Notes: generated from the sequence alone by a model not told the origin. DNA of 64,000 nt from an uncultured Verrucomicrobiae bacterium (GCA_963837955.1 CAWIPH010000002.1:1568001-1632000); one strand, 5' to 3'; counted from the first letter of the stretch, positions 18,299-29,600 are shown. Translations and numbers: made by a program.

Positions 18299-19108
18299 CT
18301 ATTCCCGACCCTCGAAGAGATTCTGAAGCTGCGAATACTGCATCGCGTCTTCGTTGAAGACCCCACAGTCCCCTTCCTTGAGGAAGTTCTCAGCGAGCCG
18401 GGCGACATGCTTGTAGGCGATCTGCGCGATCGCTGTTCCAGCACTCAGGCGCCGCACATTGAGCTTCGCCAGTTCGTCGATCTTCGGCAGCTCAGACGAC
18501 GACATGAGATTGATTGGCAAGTCGGTGCCTGCGGCGATCTTGGAGATGTGCGCAATCTCCATCAGACCGGGTACGAATAGACCATCAGCGCCAGCCTCTT
18601 GATACGTCGCCGCTCGATCCAGGGTTTCCCGCAGCTTCTTGTCGTCAGCCACGAGATCCTGCAAATAGACGTCGGTTCGCGCATTGACAAAAACGTCGAC
18701 CCCCTCCGACGAAACCATCTTTTTGATTGCCTCGATCTTCTTGGCCAGAAGGGCCGGCTCATCGGTCCCGTCCTCGATGTTGATGCCCGAGATGCCGGCG
18801 GCAACGATCGGCTTGAGATTTTCCACGACGACAGCCGGCTTGTCCGAATAACCAGCCTCGAAGTCGATCGAGACAGGCACCTTCACTGTTTTAACGATTT
18901 CCCCCGCCAAATGCGCCAGGAGGCGCGGTTGCATCTTGTTGCCGTCCGGATACCCCTTCGACCAGGCCACACCTGCGCTCGTTGTCGCTACCGCTTTTGC
19001 GCCGACTGATTCGACGATGCGCGCTCCGCCCGCGTCCCAGACATTGGGTAGAATCAGTGGCTTACCAGCGTTCGAGTGCAGATCCCTAAAAATACGTGTC
19101 ATTTTCAA
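18299..19108 (-). CDS. Isocitrate lyase/PEP mutase family protein
   Basis: LPNVWDAGGAR, ATTSAGVA, DFEAGY, GINIEDG, FVNARTDVYL and AGADGLFVPG motifs. Confidence 0.9.
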   Translation of the reverse strand: MKMTRIFRDLHSNAGKPLILPNVWDAGGARIVESVGAKAVATTSAGVAWSKGYPDGNKMQPRLLAHLAGEIVKTVKVPVSIDFEAGYSDKPAVVVENLKPIVAAGISGINIEDGTDEPALLAKKIEAIKKMVSSEGVDVFVNARTDVYLQDLVADDKKLRETLDRAATYQEAGADGLFVPGLMEIAHISKIAAGTDLPINLMSSSELPKIDELAKLNVRRLSAGTAIAQIAYKHVARLAENFLKEGDCGVFNEDAMQYSQLQNLFEGRE

Positions 19109-19248
19109 TGTATGTACCTCATTATTATAGCTTTATATGTTATCTGATTTTGTTTGGTTAGCGAAAATACGATGTATGTTCGTAGTTGACAAGTAGGCAC
19201 AATTTTCTACAGTAGTGACAAAAATGTGCCTAAGGATCAAAACACGCT

Positions 19249-19731
19249 ATGAGACACAGACGCTATGATCGATTGGGTTGCCCGGTTGAGGCGTGCACCG
19301 AGGTTATCGGAGGAAAGTGGAAGGGAGAAATCCTCTTTATCCTTTTCAGCGACGGTACCAAGCGACACAGCGAGCTTCGCAAGCTCATTCCAGATACCAC
19401 TCAGCGCATGCTCACAACGCAGCTGCGCGAGTTAGAGGAAGACGGCGTAATCGAGCGCAAGATCTACGCTCAAATTCCACCGAAGGTGGAATATTCCATT
19501 TCCAAGCGCGGCCAGGCCCTGAAGCCGATCATCGATGCGATGTGGGACTGGGGAAAAAATTTCTTGGATAGGTTGCCCAAGGACCAAGTGAAACCAAAGG
19601 CTTCCTACAGTCTGACCAATGTTTCGCCTTCAAGAGGTGCCAATCAAATGCCAGCGCTAAACAACAAGTCTCAGCCGGAAAATGGCAATACGATGTTACT
19701 AAGGAAATCAAGGCGGCCGGCTACGTCGTAA
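19249..19731 (+). CDS. HxlR-family winged-helix regulator
   Basis: CPVE...IGGKWK...MLTTQLRELEEDG...PPKVEYS; divergent from the PEP-mutase gene. Confidence 0.92.
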   Translation: MRHRRYDRLGCPVEACTEVIGGKWKGEILFILFSDGTKRHSELRKLIPDTTQRMLTTQLRELEEDGVIERKIYAQIPPKVEYSISKRGQALKPIIDAMWDWGKNFLDRLPKDQVKPKASYSLTNVSPSRGANQMPALNNKSQPENGNTMLLRKSRRPATS

Positions 19732-20671
19732 ACCTGGAGAGAATCTAATCAGGTAAGACCCGAGGGCACGGCTTTCCCGTTTGCTGAGCACCTCTCGGGA
19801 TGACGGAGCGATGTTTGTGGAAACTAACTAACGCCTAAAGCTGATCGGGGTCACCTGAAATCGTGACGTACTCTTCACACATGCTTACAAACGTCCAGTG
19901 TGAATAAATAGGATTGGAATGACTTTCGCTCCCATCGGACCAAATCACCTGACAGATGCGTCGAAAGAAAATCGGATCACCTTCTTTCAACTTCTTCAGC
20001 TGGCGACCTTGGAAAACTCTTTCGGTTTTCGGGTTGATCAGAAATTGACGTCCCTTGGGCAGGAATACACGCATGGAGATCGGCTTTTTTCATGATCGAT
20101 TTTTCGAGACTAGTACAAGTTTTAGCCAAATGCTTCCTAAAAAATCGTCTCGGAACGGGCTTCTTTCAGTTCTTTACGTAACTTGTTCTCCGGGAGAAAA
20201 ACTTTTTCTCCCCGTCGAGCCCCAAAGCGGTCTCTCCTTCCTCTTTCTCCTAGGCGCACCCAGGTTCGCCTAATACCACTCCTGTACCAAGTGTCTGGCT
20301 ATCGCCAGATTTGCCTTCCGCCCCCGCGGAGGCCTCTCCAGCGCAAGAGTACCGTCTGCGGCTTAAACAGCCGGCGCCCACTCTCTCGCCAAGCCTCGGG
20401 GGTCCCTCTATTTAAATCCTCAACCCGTCTCGTTCCTCGCGGCTCTTGCCCTTCCAGGCCTTCTTCCGCGGCGCTCAGCTAGCGCTTCGCCTTCGGCTCG
20501 AAAAATATGCAACAGCAATTTTTCTCGTTCGAAAGCGAACTCAAAAATACTACCCCGGACCCCGCTTCGTCTCAGTGTTCCTCGGTCCAAGAGCGCTTGG
20601 CTACTTACGGTTCGGAAGCGTTGGATTCCGTCGAACACGTTGGGTTGGAGTCCAAGGAGTCCTTCCCTGCC

Positions 20672-21871
20672 TTAAATCAGCGCTTGATACACCAGATTAG
20701 TAAACCGCTCGAAGAGGCCGTGCTCGTCGTATGGGAAGTGTTGGGTAAAGACGAGCAAGACGAGCTCTTCAACCGGATCGACCACGCATAGGGTGGTCGC
20801 TTTGCCGCTCCAGCCGAAGGAACCTAGCGTTCCCAGGGTACCCGCCAGACCATTGTTTATACGAACGGCGACCCCGAGCCCGAAACCGTATCCCTCAGTA
20901 TAAGTCCGATTCGTAATGCGCAACCCACCCAGATGATCGACAGTCATTTGCTCGAAGGCTTTTCGGCTCAGGATGCGGACCCCGTTTAGCTCGCCGCCAT
21001 TACAAAGCATCTGTCCGAAACGGCTGTAGTCTTCGATGGTTGAAAACAGGCCGGATCCACCCTCGGCAAATCTCTTTACTCCGTCGCTGACTTCAAAGTC
21101 AAAGCGTTCGACGGGCTGGAGCTCGCCGTTTTTGCCATGTTCGTAAACCTTGGCCAAACGATCCCTCTTGGCTTGGTCGACCACGAAGCCAGTATCGACC
21201 ATCCTGAGTGGATCGAATATTCGTTCCTTGAGGAAGTGATCAAACCGCTGGCCGCTCACGACCTCAACCACCCGCGCCAAAATGTCCATCGAAAACCCAT
21301 ATTCATACATGGTTCCCGGCTCTCTTTTCAGCGGTAGCGCGGCTAACATTTTCACCAAATCAGCCAATGACTCTGCATTTTCCAGGCCGGCAGCTCGATA
21401 CAGCTCGTCGATCGGTTCTTCGTCATCGCCGTAACTGAAGCCGGAGGTGTGAGTAAAAAGATGATGGATGGTGATCGCGACTTCCGCCGGAATTACTTCC
21501 CGGTGTTGAGCTGTGCCTCCAACAAAGATCTTCATATCGCTGAACTCGGGAAGGTAGTCTTTGATCGGATCCGATAAGCCCAATTTCCCTTCTTCAATGA
21601 GGGTCAGAGCCGCCACACCGGTAACGATCTTCGTGAGGGAATAGATCCGCATGATGGTATCGCCTTGCATGGGTTTTCCCTGTTGCCGGTCTCGAAGTCC
21701 GGCGGCAAAGAAATCGGCTACTTCGCCTTTGCGGAGCAACAGGGCACTGATACCCGCATGTTTCCTTTCCTCCACGAACGACTCGATCCGGCGATGCAGC
21801 CGTTCCAGGCGTTGAACAGAAAAGCCAAGTTTCGCGGCGCCAGCGTTAGAAGACGTTGCAGCAGTAGTCAC
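20672..21871 (-). CDS. Serine hydrolase / beta-lactamase class C family
   Basis: SxxK motif (YSLTK), HLFTHTSG, YEYG and FGWSG. Confidence 0.9.
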   Translation of the reverse strand: MTTAATSSNAGAAKLGFSVQRLERLHRRIESFVEERKHAGISALLLRKGEVADFFAAGLRDRQQGKPMQGDTIMRIYSLTKIVTGVAALTLIEEGKLGLSDPIKDYLPEFSDMKIFVGGTAQHREVIPAEVAITIHHLFTHTSGFSYGDDEEPIDELYRAAGLENAESLADLVKMLAALPLKREPGTMYEYGFSMDILARVVEVVSGQRFDHFLKERIFDPLRMVDTGFVVDQAKRDRLAKVYEHGKNGELQPVERFDFEVSDGVKRFAEGGSGLFSTIEDYSRFGQMLCNGGELNGVRILSRKAFEQMTVDHLGGLRITNRTYTEGYGFGLGVAVRINNGLAGTLGTLGSFGWSGKATTLCVVDPVEELVLLVFTQHFPYDEHGLFERFTNLVYQALI

Positions 21872-21993
21872 GCGGGCAGACTAGCAGGGCTTTGCGAATA
21901 GAAAATGAAGGAGTTCGCGAAGTTCAGGGAGCTAGAAGACCGTGATTGCTGTTAATCTTCCCGGCAGCAAGCCGGGCATTTGGTAATGATGTA

Positions 21994-22031
21994 GGGCTCC
22001 GCTCACGAAACGGATTACAAAGCACGTTAAG
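21994..22031. mobile_element. Tn3-family 38-bp terminal inverted repeat
   Basis: GGGCTCCGCTCACGAAACGGATTACAAAGCACGTTAAG resembles the Tn3/Tn21 pattern GGGG...CACG(C/T)TAAG and overlaps the stop codon of the transposase tail. Confidence 0.8.
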
Positions 22032-23445
22032 CCATGGGATAAGATCGAAGCGGCCGGAATTTCGCCTTCTGAAGGCGTTTGCTTGCTGGCCAGACATAAT
22101 CCCCGGTTAAATTGATATGTTCCCAACCCATCGGCGAGAGATGTTGAAGAAGGCTTTCGTGGATGCTGTGGGCGTGTGCTTTGAGCGATTGGACGGCGCG
22201 TTCTAAATAAGTGGTATTCCACAGCACGATAGATCCGCGCGATTCTTGTCCAACTCCGAGCTGCTTTCGCAAGGGAATACAAACAGTAACGGTTGTACCC
22301 TCTCCAATCTCGCTCCTTACTACTAACCGAAATGAGCTGCCGAACAAACCTTGCAAGCGCCGCCGTAACAGCACCAGCGCGTGAACCCGCGGACGTTCTG
22401 CGAAGAAAAGCTGTTCGACTTCACTCGAAGCTACACCTTGCCCGTCATCGGTGACGCTCATCTCTAGCCACGGTCCTGTAGCGCGGACCATAAGCCAAAG
22501 CCGCCCGGCTCCCGGCGAAGAGTGAAGCCCGTGTTCGATCGCGTTCTTTACTAACGGCTGGAAAGAGAAAGGCGGCACCAGAACCTTCAACAAACCTGGA
22601 CCGAGAGTCTGCTCCACCTTCAATCGACCACCAAATCGAAGCGATTGGATGTCTAAATAGGCAGCCAGGACGGCCAGTTCTTCCTCCAGGGGTACGAGTG
22701 CTCGCTCTGGTTGGGAAAAACTGGCCTCGAGGAATTGACGCAACCGTCCTGTCGCCCGAGGCACTTCTCGAGGTGCGACCTTCGCCAGAGCCGCTAGCGT
22801 ATTCAGAGCATTGAACAAAAAGTGTGGATTCATGCGCATTTGCAGAGCGCGGATGTCAGCTGAAACGACTGCTCGGGTCTGCTCGTCACGATCGCGTACC
22901 CGCGCGACGATAGCCAGAATCAAGGCGGTGCCTAACCCTTGCAGCAGAGGGGCTCTGCCGATCTCCTCAATCGTGGGCCGTGCCGCAGGCGAATGATCAG
23001 CGAAAACGAAGAGGATGCCATTCCGCAGCGAGGATACCCCCAAAGTCAGACAGAATCCGGTTAACGGGTGTTGTGCTAGTTTGGGGCGCCAACGGTATAG
23101 CAACCCTCCCGCTAAACCGCCGCATAACATAGCGGGCGCGATCGAGTCTAACGGCAGCCCGTGATACTCGACGGCTAACCAAGTGACAAAGACGGCGACC
23201 GCCAGTCCCACCGAAGGACCGGCCACTAGACCAGCCGCGCATACCGCCACGATTCGTTCGTGGAGCAAGCCGGCATGCGAAACCGTGGCTTCTTCGATGA
23301 GGCCGAGGACTAGAAACACCAGCAAGGCCGTTCCTTGATCGCGTATCGAGAGCAAAGACCGTTCTTGCCGCCTAAAGCCCGGAACGAGGGTGAGCGCGAA
23401 GGCTGCCGTCACCAATACACAAACTTCATTTAAAATCGTATCCAT
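22027..23445 (-). CDS. LytS/YehU-type membrane sensor histidine kinase whose C-terminus (22027-22230) is a Tn3 transposase tail
   Basis: 5TM-LytS-like N-terminus, [12 protein letters not shown]-box, and DDGQG / GEGTTV ATPase motifs, followed by IVLWNTTYL...[18 protein letters not shown] (Tn3 TnpA C-terminus). Likely start MDTILNE at 23445. Confidence 0.85.
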   Translation of the reverse strand: MDTILNEVCVLVTAAFALTLVPGFRRQERSLLSIRDQGTALLVFLVLGLIEEATVSHAGLLHERIVAVCAAGLVAGPSVGLAVAVFVTWLAVEYHGLPLDSIAPAMLCGGLAGGLLYRWRPKLAQHPLTGFCLTLGVSSLRNGILFVFADHSPAARPTIEEIGRAPLLQGLGTALILAIVARVRDRDEQTRAVVSADIRALQMRMNPHFLFNALNTLAALAKVAPREVPRATGRLRQFLEASFSQPERALVPLEEELAVLAAYLDIQSLRFGGRLKVEQTLGPGLLKVLVPPFSFQPLVKNAIEHGLHSSPGAGRLWLMVRATGPWLEMSVTDDGQGVASSEVEQLFFAERPRVHALVLLRRRLQGLFGSSFRLVVRSEIGEGTTVTVCIPLRKQLGVGQESRGSIVLWNTTYLERAVQSLKAHAHSIHESLLQHLSPMGWEHINLTGDYVWPASKRLQKAKFRPLRSYPMA

Positions 23446-23465
23446 CGCCAAAACTCCAAAATCGA

Positions 23466-24554
23466 TTACTGCAGAGGGGTTTCGGGGGAACGAAAGGCGT
23501 TTTCTATTCTCGGCGATGTCAGTCCGGCGGGCGTTTGCTGCAGTCCCGCCTTTTCCATGGCTCTCCATTCGCTGGGGGTTACACCTTCCCACATCCGGAA
23601 CGCGCGGAGAAAGGAGTTGGGGTCTTCATATCCAAGCAGAGAGGCCGTCTTGCTGAGCCCCAATGACGGGTGCTGGAGGGAGAGGCGAGCCAACTCTCTC
23701 CGCGCATCACTTAAGAGTTCCCGGAAACTGCTACCCTCTTCGGCGATTCGGCGTTGCAATGTGCGGGTGCTCATTCTCAGCGCCTTTGCCACTTCGTAAA
23801 TGTCGGGGTACTGGCCGCCGAGTACTCGCTTGAGCACCCATTTCGCACGCGAAGAAGTTGTTTGCCGGGTTTTTAGCCGGGCAATTTCACGGTCGTATTT
23901 AGGGCCGAGAATGGCCAGCAGTTTGGCGTTGTAAGTGGCGAAAGGAAGTTGGAGATCGCCGGTTCGGAACACGATGCTATTACGGCGCGCCTTGAATCGA
24001 ACACGGCATCCATAGTGAGCTTCGTAGATTTCCTGATGGCTTGCTTTTCTCGTCAGCTCGACGCGCAGTGGATGCAACGGCTGTTGAGTACCTCGTCGCC
24101 CGGTTTCGTGCACGAGTGCGAAAGCGAGATCCAGAAAAACGGCCGGAGCCGCCTCATTCAGCAGGGCCCCAGTAAACTCGATACTGCACTCGTTCTTGGT
24201 TTTGACAATTTCAATATGCTCGGAGAAGCAGAGAGCCGTAGAGCGGGCCAGATGTGGTAAGGCATCCCCGAACGTTCGGGCATGTCGGGCCGCGATGTTG
24301 GCGAGGTGACAAGGAGGATTTAGAGTGGCCAGTCTCAGGCCGATTGCAGGGTCCTCGCTGACCTTTTCCAACGTGTGGCATAGCCTGAAAAATTGGTCGG
24401 GCGAAATCATACCATCGCCGGAGCTGCAGAGTGTAGGCGGAAGGCTGCTTTTGCGAAGAAGGAACGCAGGATTGATGCTCGCGGCTTTCAGCTTGGCTAG
24501 AAAAGTCTCGGGGAGTCTGAACTTGTTCATTGGTTCTGGCAGACAATCGTGCAC
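23466..24554 (-). CDS. AraC-family transcriptional regulator
   Basis: [16 protein letters not shown]...GSSFRELL...[24 protein letters not shown]. Confidence 0.92.
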   Translation of the reverse strand: MHDCLPEPMNKFRLPETFLAKLKAASINPAFLLRKSSLPPTLCSSGDGMISPDQFFRLCHTLEKVSEDPAIGLRLATLNPPCHLANIAARHARTFGDALPHLARSTALCFSEHIEIVKTKNECSIEFTGALLNEAAPAVFLDLAFALVHETGRRGTQQPLHPLRVELTRKASHQEIYEAHYGCRVRFKARRNSIVFRTGDLQLPFATYNAKLLAILGPKYDREIARLKTRQTTSSRAKWVLKRVLGGQYPDIYEVAKALRMSTRTLQRRIAEEGSSFRELLSDARRELARLSLQHPSLGLSKTASLLGYEDPNSFLRAFRMWEGVTPSEWRAMEKAGLQQTPAGLTSPRIENAFRSPETPLQ

Positions 24555-24559
24555 AATGG

Positions 24560-24718
24560 AATCGCACTAAGCAGACGATTCTTGTGGATTGCGCGAAGAT
24601 CTGAAAATTGCTCCGGCTGCCGGGCACACGCGACCACTCCTTGTCCTGCCTCAAGGGCGACTTGGTAAGAGCGGCCCAGGCTGCACGAACTTCCTTTAAT
24701 AAAGCAACCATTAGACAT
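24560..24718 (-). pseudogene. Degenerate SDR oxidoreductase N-terminal fragment
   Basis: FIKGSSCSLGRS...ALEAGQGVVACARQPE resembles the SDR start ITGxSxGLG...ALxxGxxVVATAR. Confidence 0.5.
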
Positions 24719-24850
24719 AACAATAGCGGACTCGATTGATTAAAGATGACGCTTCGTGTCTCCTCGCGTTTATTGACTCTTGGCCTATTTCTCCGAACCA
24801 GTAACTAGCAGGACGCGACAAATCCGCATGCAGCGGACGGAAACAAAACA

Positions 24851-25948
24851 TTAGGTTAAAAGCTCTTGTGCTTGGGCCCAAGTGCGGCGGACGAATTCCG
24901 CTGCGGATTCACGGCGCGCGAAGGCTGCGCTTTGTCCTGCCCAAAGTTGCATCCGGTGAATGTCCTTCGTGTCTAGCCCGGTTTGGCGCATGGCCGCAGT
25001 CAAATCGAACTGGACCGGATAGGGAGCCGGGCTCGGCGCATCATGCGAATTGGCGGCGCGCACGTAGTCGGTCTCGATCGCACGGGCAAGCCGGCCGGTG
25101 AACGCGCGCGTCAAGACGGTCGCTTCCGGTTCCAAATCGGGCAGCGCATCAGCCCACGGTGCATTAGTGCCCGCTTCCGGACAACGGAGGAAAGCGGTGC
25201 CGATCTGGACCGCGCTCGCGCCCAAAGTCAATGCGGCGGCGAGCCCTCGCCCGTCGGCGATGCCACCCGCAGCGATAATCGGAACCGACAGTTTATCCGC
25301 CAAGCGTGGCAGCAATGAAAAAAGGCCGACACATCGGCGCTCCGCTAGCGCTTGATCAAAAGAGCCTCGGTGGCCGCCGGCTTCGTACCCCTGCGCTACG
25401 ATCGCGTCGGCTCCGGCCCATTCGGCCTCTCGAGCTTCAGCCAGAGTCGTTGCGCAGGCAAACCATGCGATTCCATGATCCTTCAACTTTTCGACAAATG
25501 GTGAAGAATACAGACCCATGATCGAAGAAACAACGGTGGGTCTGATGGCGGAAAAAGAGTCGCATTGCTTTTCAAAATCCGGAAACTGGATTCCGCTGAC
25601 CTTGGCTGGAACGGTCGGCCCCCAGCTTGACAGGAACTCTCGCATCCGCTGCTCGGCGGCGGAATCACGTGGGGGCGCTGCTGAATCCGGAATCCAAAGA
25701 TTCAATTGAAAAGGTCCCATGCTCCGCGACCGAAATTCGGACACCCACTTGACGATCGCATCCGGACTCGACATAAGGGCACCCATCGCGCCCATACCAC
25801 CTGCGTCCGCGACGGCTACTGCTAAGCTAACTGGGCAGGAGCCGGCCATTGGCGCCTGAAGGATTGGTAGTCGCAGACCATACTGCTGACAAAACGCCAC
25901 CGCTCGAGCTCTTGCGCTCTGCGAGTCTAGAGACTTTTGCTCGTCCAT
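24851..25948 (-). CDS. Nitronate monooxygenase family (NMO/FabK-like flavoprotein)
   Basis: [40 protein letters not shown] and LWAGQS motifs. Confidence 0.92.
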   Translation of the reverse strand: MDEQKSLDSQSARARAVAFCQQYGLRLPILQAPMAGSCPVSLAVAVADAGGMGAMGALMSSPDAIVKWVSEFRSRSMGPFQLNLWIPDSAAPPRDSAAEQRMREFLSSWGPTVPAKVSGIQFPDFEKQCDSFSAIRPTVVSSIMGLYSSPFVEKLKDHGIAWFACATTLAEAREAEWAGADAIVAQGYEAGGHRGSFDQALAERRCVGLFSLLPRLADKLSVPIIAAGGIADGRGLAAALTLGASAVQIGTAFLRCPEAGTNAPWADALPDLEPEATVLTRAFTGRLARAIETDYVRAANSHDAPSPAPYPVQFDLTAAMRQTGLDTKDIHRMQLWAGQSAAFARRESAAEFVRRTWAQAQELLT

Positions 25949-26065
25949 ATTTTCTTTAAATCGGTTCAGGTGTTGACGCCTCGTTCACTTCCATCGCGAT
26001 GGTTCTTATTCGCTCTTAGGAGAAAGACTCTGTGTAAAAGAAACGGTTCTGCTCCCATTATCTAA

Positions 26066-26789
26066 TTACCATTTTCCGGCATGCGCGCCGCCGTCAACAT
26101 GAAGCACTTCCCCCGTGATAAACGTTGCATCGTTGAGGTACATCACCGCATCAACGACCTCACCGATTTCGCCCATTCTGCCGATGGGTTTGAAGACTCT
26201 TCAAAAAGTCATGGGCTTCGATTTTGTGCATCGGCGTTTTTATGGCTCCGAGAGCGACGGTGTTGATGCGTATGCCCTGTCCGGCATATTCAATTGCGAG
26301 TGCGCGGGTAACGGCGTGCAACCCACCTTTGGTCAACACCTGTAATGCACAGGGAACGCCGGCGATCGGCTGATCGGCGACAGAGGTCGAAATATTCACA
26401 ACATGGCCACACTCCTGTCGAAGCATCTGCTTAGCAGCGTTTTGGCTAATATAAAAGAAGCCCGCTAAAATCGTCGATACCAGCGCCTCGAAATCACCAG
26501 AGGTGTAATCGATAAAAGGCTTGGCCAGCAACAAGCCAGCATTGTTGACCAGGACGTCGATGCGGCCAAAACGCGCGATAGCGGTGTCGGTGATTTTTTG
26601 CGCCGTTGCGCAATCACCTATATCGCCATCCACGAGTGCCAGACGAGGCGAAGGAGTTAAGTTTGTTGAATCGCTGATAGTGCGCGAATTCCCGACCACG
26701 TTATAACCCATTTCCAAAAAACGGGTCACAAGGCCTGCTCCAATCCCCTGTGATGCGCCCGTAACGATTGCTGTTCTTGTTGTTAACAT
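26066..26789 (-). pseudogene. SDR oxidoreductase with a frameshift near the C-terminus
   Basis: TAIVTGASQGIG and LVNNAG motifs. The frame shifts near 26190 and the normal tail PIGRMGEIGEVVDAVMYL...ITGEVLHVDGGAHAGKW* lies in another frame, ending at 26066. Confidence 0.75.
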
Positions 26790-26980
26790 ATGACGAATTT
26801 CATTCTGATTGCATCGAGTGTTTTTCATGAGCCGTCCTCTGAAGCTAGCTACGCGGACTAACAGTAATGTTGCCCCAGGATGACGTTTCCCCTGGGGTCC
26901 ATTTGTATCCATGCTGGAAAGCCCGCTACTTCCCTATAGAGTAGTTATTACCCATATTTTTGTCGATTCGTAGCCTCGTT

Positions 26981-27781
26981 TCAGCGTTGCGTCTTGAACA
27001 CCGCAGCGAGCTGGGCAGCCCCTGTGCGCGAGACCTTGATTTCGGTTCCCACCCGGTCGCGGAGCCGCACGCGGTAAAGGCGGTCACCGTAATGGATTAT
27101 GTGTTCGATTGCATGCAGATTCACAGTGGCATGCCTGCCGATCTGGATAAAAGGATCGCCGCCTAGCCATCGCGTGAGATCAGCCAACGCATAATAAGTG
27201 GCAAACTCTTCCCGCACGGTATGGATCCAAGTGCGGCGTTCCCGCCGCAGCACCGCTGCAACCTCGCGGCGGGTGAGTAGCCGGATCTGGTCGGCGTCCA
27301 CATCCCTGACCGGCAGCAGCTCATTGGCAGTGCCAGTAAAACGCGTTTTGTTCGGTGAGCCTTCGTTGGCGTGATCACCGGAACTCGAGAAAGAGCCGAG
27401 CTTAAAGGGCCGCAGATGTCGCAGCAACCGATTGACCGCATCCGTGACCTGCTCCGGATCCAACGGCTTCAAAAGATAATCCACCGCCCCCAACCGGAAG
27501 GCATCGGTCGCGCGGTTCGCGTTCCCCGTAGTAAAGACTAAGCGTGGCGGCTGCGGAAGCATGGTCAGTTGCGTCGCCAGCGAAACACCATCTTTGCCCG
27601 GCAGATTGATGTCGAGAAAGACGGCGTCCGGCCGCAACTTGGCACAAAGGCGAAGGCCCGCCTCGCTCTCTGTGGCCGAACCGACAATCTCTACCTGGTA
27701 AGTGTCGTCCAGCAGCTCGGTCAGGTAGTGTGCGGCCAAGGGCTCGTCTTCGATAATAACAGCTCGGATCCGGATCCACAT
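26981..27781 (-). CDS. LytTR-family response regulator
   Basis: Receiver motifs IIEDEPLA, FLDINLP and DYLLKP; LytTR C-terminus (FIQIGRHATVNL...IKVSR). Confidence 0.9.
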   Translation of the reverse strand: MWIRIRAVIIEDEPLAAHYLTELLDDTYQVEIVGSATESEAGLRLCAKLRPDAVFLDINLPGKDGVSLATQLTMLPQPPRLVFTTGNANRATDAFRLGAVDYLLKPLDPEQVTDAVNRLLRHLRPFKLGSFSSSGDHANEGSPNKTRFTGTANELLPVRDVDADQIRLLTRREVAAVLRRERRTWIHTVREEFATYYALADLTRWLGGDPFIQIGRHATVNLHAIEHIIHYGDRLYRVRLRDRVGTEIKVSRTGAAQLAAVFKTQR

Positions 27782-27793
27782 GAGAACAGGTTC

Positions 27794-28425
27794 TTAATGC
27801 GGCGCCAGATCGCGGAGGTTCGAGGTAACAGCTCCCGGCGATACTAACCCGACTCCGAACCGCTTGGATCGAAGCCCGTGTTGGACGTTCTCCACCAGCG
27901 GCTGGAAGGAGAAAGATGGCTTTAGAGCCTTTAGCAAACTCGGAGCGATCGTCTGCTCCACCTTCAAGCGGACACCGAACCGCAAAGACTCGATTTCTAA
28001 ATAAGCACGCACTACCGCCAGCTCTTCCGCCAGTGGTACGGGTACTCGATGCTGCTGATCGAAACTGGCCCGTAGAAATTGGCGCAAATGATCTGTCACC
28101 CGAAGCACTTCTCGTCGCGCGACCGGCGCCAGCGCGGCTAACGTATTCATAGCATTGAACAAAAATGAGGATTCATGCGCGTTTGCAGAGCACGGCCCTC
28201 GGCCGAAGCCGCCACTCGGCTTTGCTCGTCACGGTTACGGACCTACTCGGCAATGGCCAAAATCAAGGCCGTGCCCAAACCTTGCAGCACAGCGGCCATT
28301 CCGATCTCCTCGATCCTTTGCAGTGTTGCAGGCGAGTGAGCAGAAGAAGATGAGGCTAATGCGGAGCAACGATACTCCCAAGTCAGTCAGACAGCATCCC
28401 GTCAACGGGTGTTGCGCTAGCTTCT
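27794..28425 (-). pseudogene. Degraded paralog of the LytS-type kinase
   Basis: [16 protein letters not shown] / FNAMNTLAALA and LAEELAVVRAYL..ESLRFG segments match 22027-23445 but carry frameshifts and an ATPase-domain deletion. Confidence 0.8.
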
Positions 28426-29278
28426 TACGCCGAGGTTTTCGCCCCCTACCGACATCGACTTCGATCACGTCCTTGGGTGATGCGGACGGTCTGTTTTCCC
28501 CCTTCGCCGCATACACCTCCACAAATCGCTCGAGCATTGGATTTATCTGGTCCGGCACCTCGAGTGGCGAAAGATGTCCGGAACCAATTGTCTGGCCGGT
28601 AATCAGGTTCGGACATATCTTTCGAAAACGATTCACGTCGCCTATTGGAGCAGCTGCCCCGATATAAGCAATCGGCACACAGCACGCCTTGATTGCTGCA
28701 GTTGCATCATATTCCGTCACATGATTTGAAAAGGCCGACGCAATAACATGTTGCGGGGTTTTCGCTGCGCTGGCGAGCAGTTGCGATTTGCGTTCAGCGC
28801 TGTCGGTTGGCAAGAGCAGCAACGAAGAAGCTTGTTCCAGGGCGCTTAAATAGTGCAGTCCTTTCAATGCTTTCGCCAGTGGCTGGAGCGCTTCTATAAA
28901 GGCTCGAGACGGCAGGATAACCGAATCAATCAGCGCAATTGCAGTGGGTAGCTCGGGGTAACGTGCCGCAAGCTCCAGCGCAACGTTGCCACCCATACTG
29001 TGCCCAATGACCACCGGTCGCTCGAGATTGATCTGAGCACAGAGCCAGGCGAGATCATCAGCAAAGCCGGCCATGGTGTAGTTCTGTTCAGGTGCATCAC
29101 TCATACCGTGACCTCGCAGGTCGACCGCCACCGAACGATGCGCACGGCTAAAGAACGCAAGCTGGGGCGCAAGGAAACTGTGATCACAGGCCCATCCGTG
29201 CACTAAAAGGACCGGTAACGCTCCTGAGCCAACTTCTTGAAAAGCGAGGGTAACATCGTCGCGCTTTAATCTATTCAT
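28235..29278 (-). CDS. Alpha/beta hydrolase; reads through into the kinase remnant
   Basis: LLVHGWACD, DLRGHG, GHSMGG nucleophile and GSGH motifs; likely start MNRLKRDD at 29278. Confidence 0.85.
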   Translation of the reverse strand: MNRLKRDDVTLAFQEVGSGALPVLLVHGWACDHSFLAPQLAFFSRAHRSVAVDLRGHGMSDAPEQNYTMAGFADDLAWLCAQINLERPVVIGHSMGGNVALELAARYPELPTAIALIDSVILPSRAFIEALQPLAKALKGLHYLSALEQASSLLLLPTDSAERKSQLLASAAKTPQHVIASAFSNHVTEYDATAAIKACCVPIAYIGAAAPIGDVNRFRKICPNLITGQTIGSGHLSPLEVPDQINPMLERFVEVYAAKGENRPSASPKDVIEVDVGRGRKPRRKKLAQHPLTGCCLTDLGVSLLRISLIFFCSLACNTAKDRGDRNGRCAARFGHGLDFGHCRVGP

Positions 29279-29600
29279 CCGTTTTCTTAGATTAGCTTGC
29301 CCAAGAAGCAGATCGAGGGCATCGGGGTTCAATGAAGATTTGCCGGGCACCGTCCGGCGTTTCGGTTCGGGTTGTTTTTTTCATACTTATTTTCTTTTGT
29401 TGAGATTTCGACTGGTGGCGTTGACCGGATGGTCTCGCCGCACGCAGTTATGGATTTACTACGAATGAGAGCGTCCCTCCGCTTGCCGTTACAGGATGCC
29501 GGGCAGCACGCTCGAAACGTGACCGTCCGGGGCAATCAAGACATGCCGAGCACCCATCGAGGTCGGGGTGTTAACTAAAAACCAGTTCTTTCATCATAAC

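Noticed and set aside
19835..20640. Short ORFs between hxlR and the serine hydrolase
   Set aside because: No recognisable motifs; probably decayed sequence.
29417..29465. Guanidine-III or SAH/SAM riboswitch
   Set aside because: Only a short CCGGTCA resemblance; the other conserved elements are missing and the hairpin is not kept in all copies.
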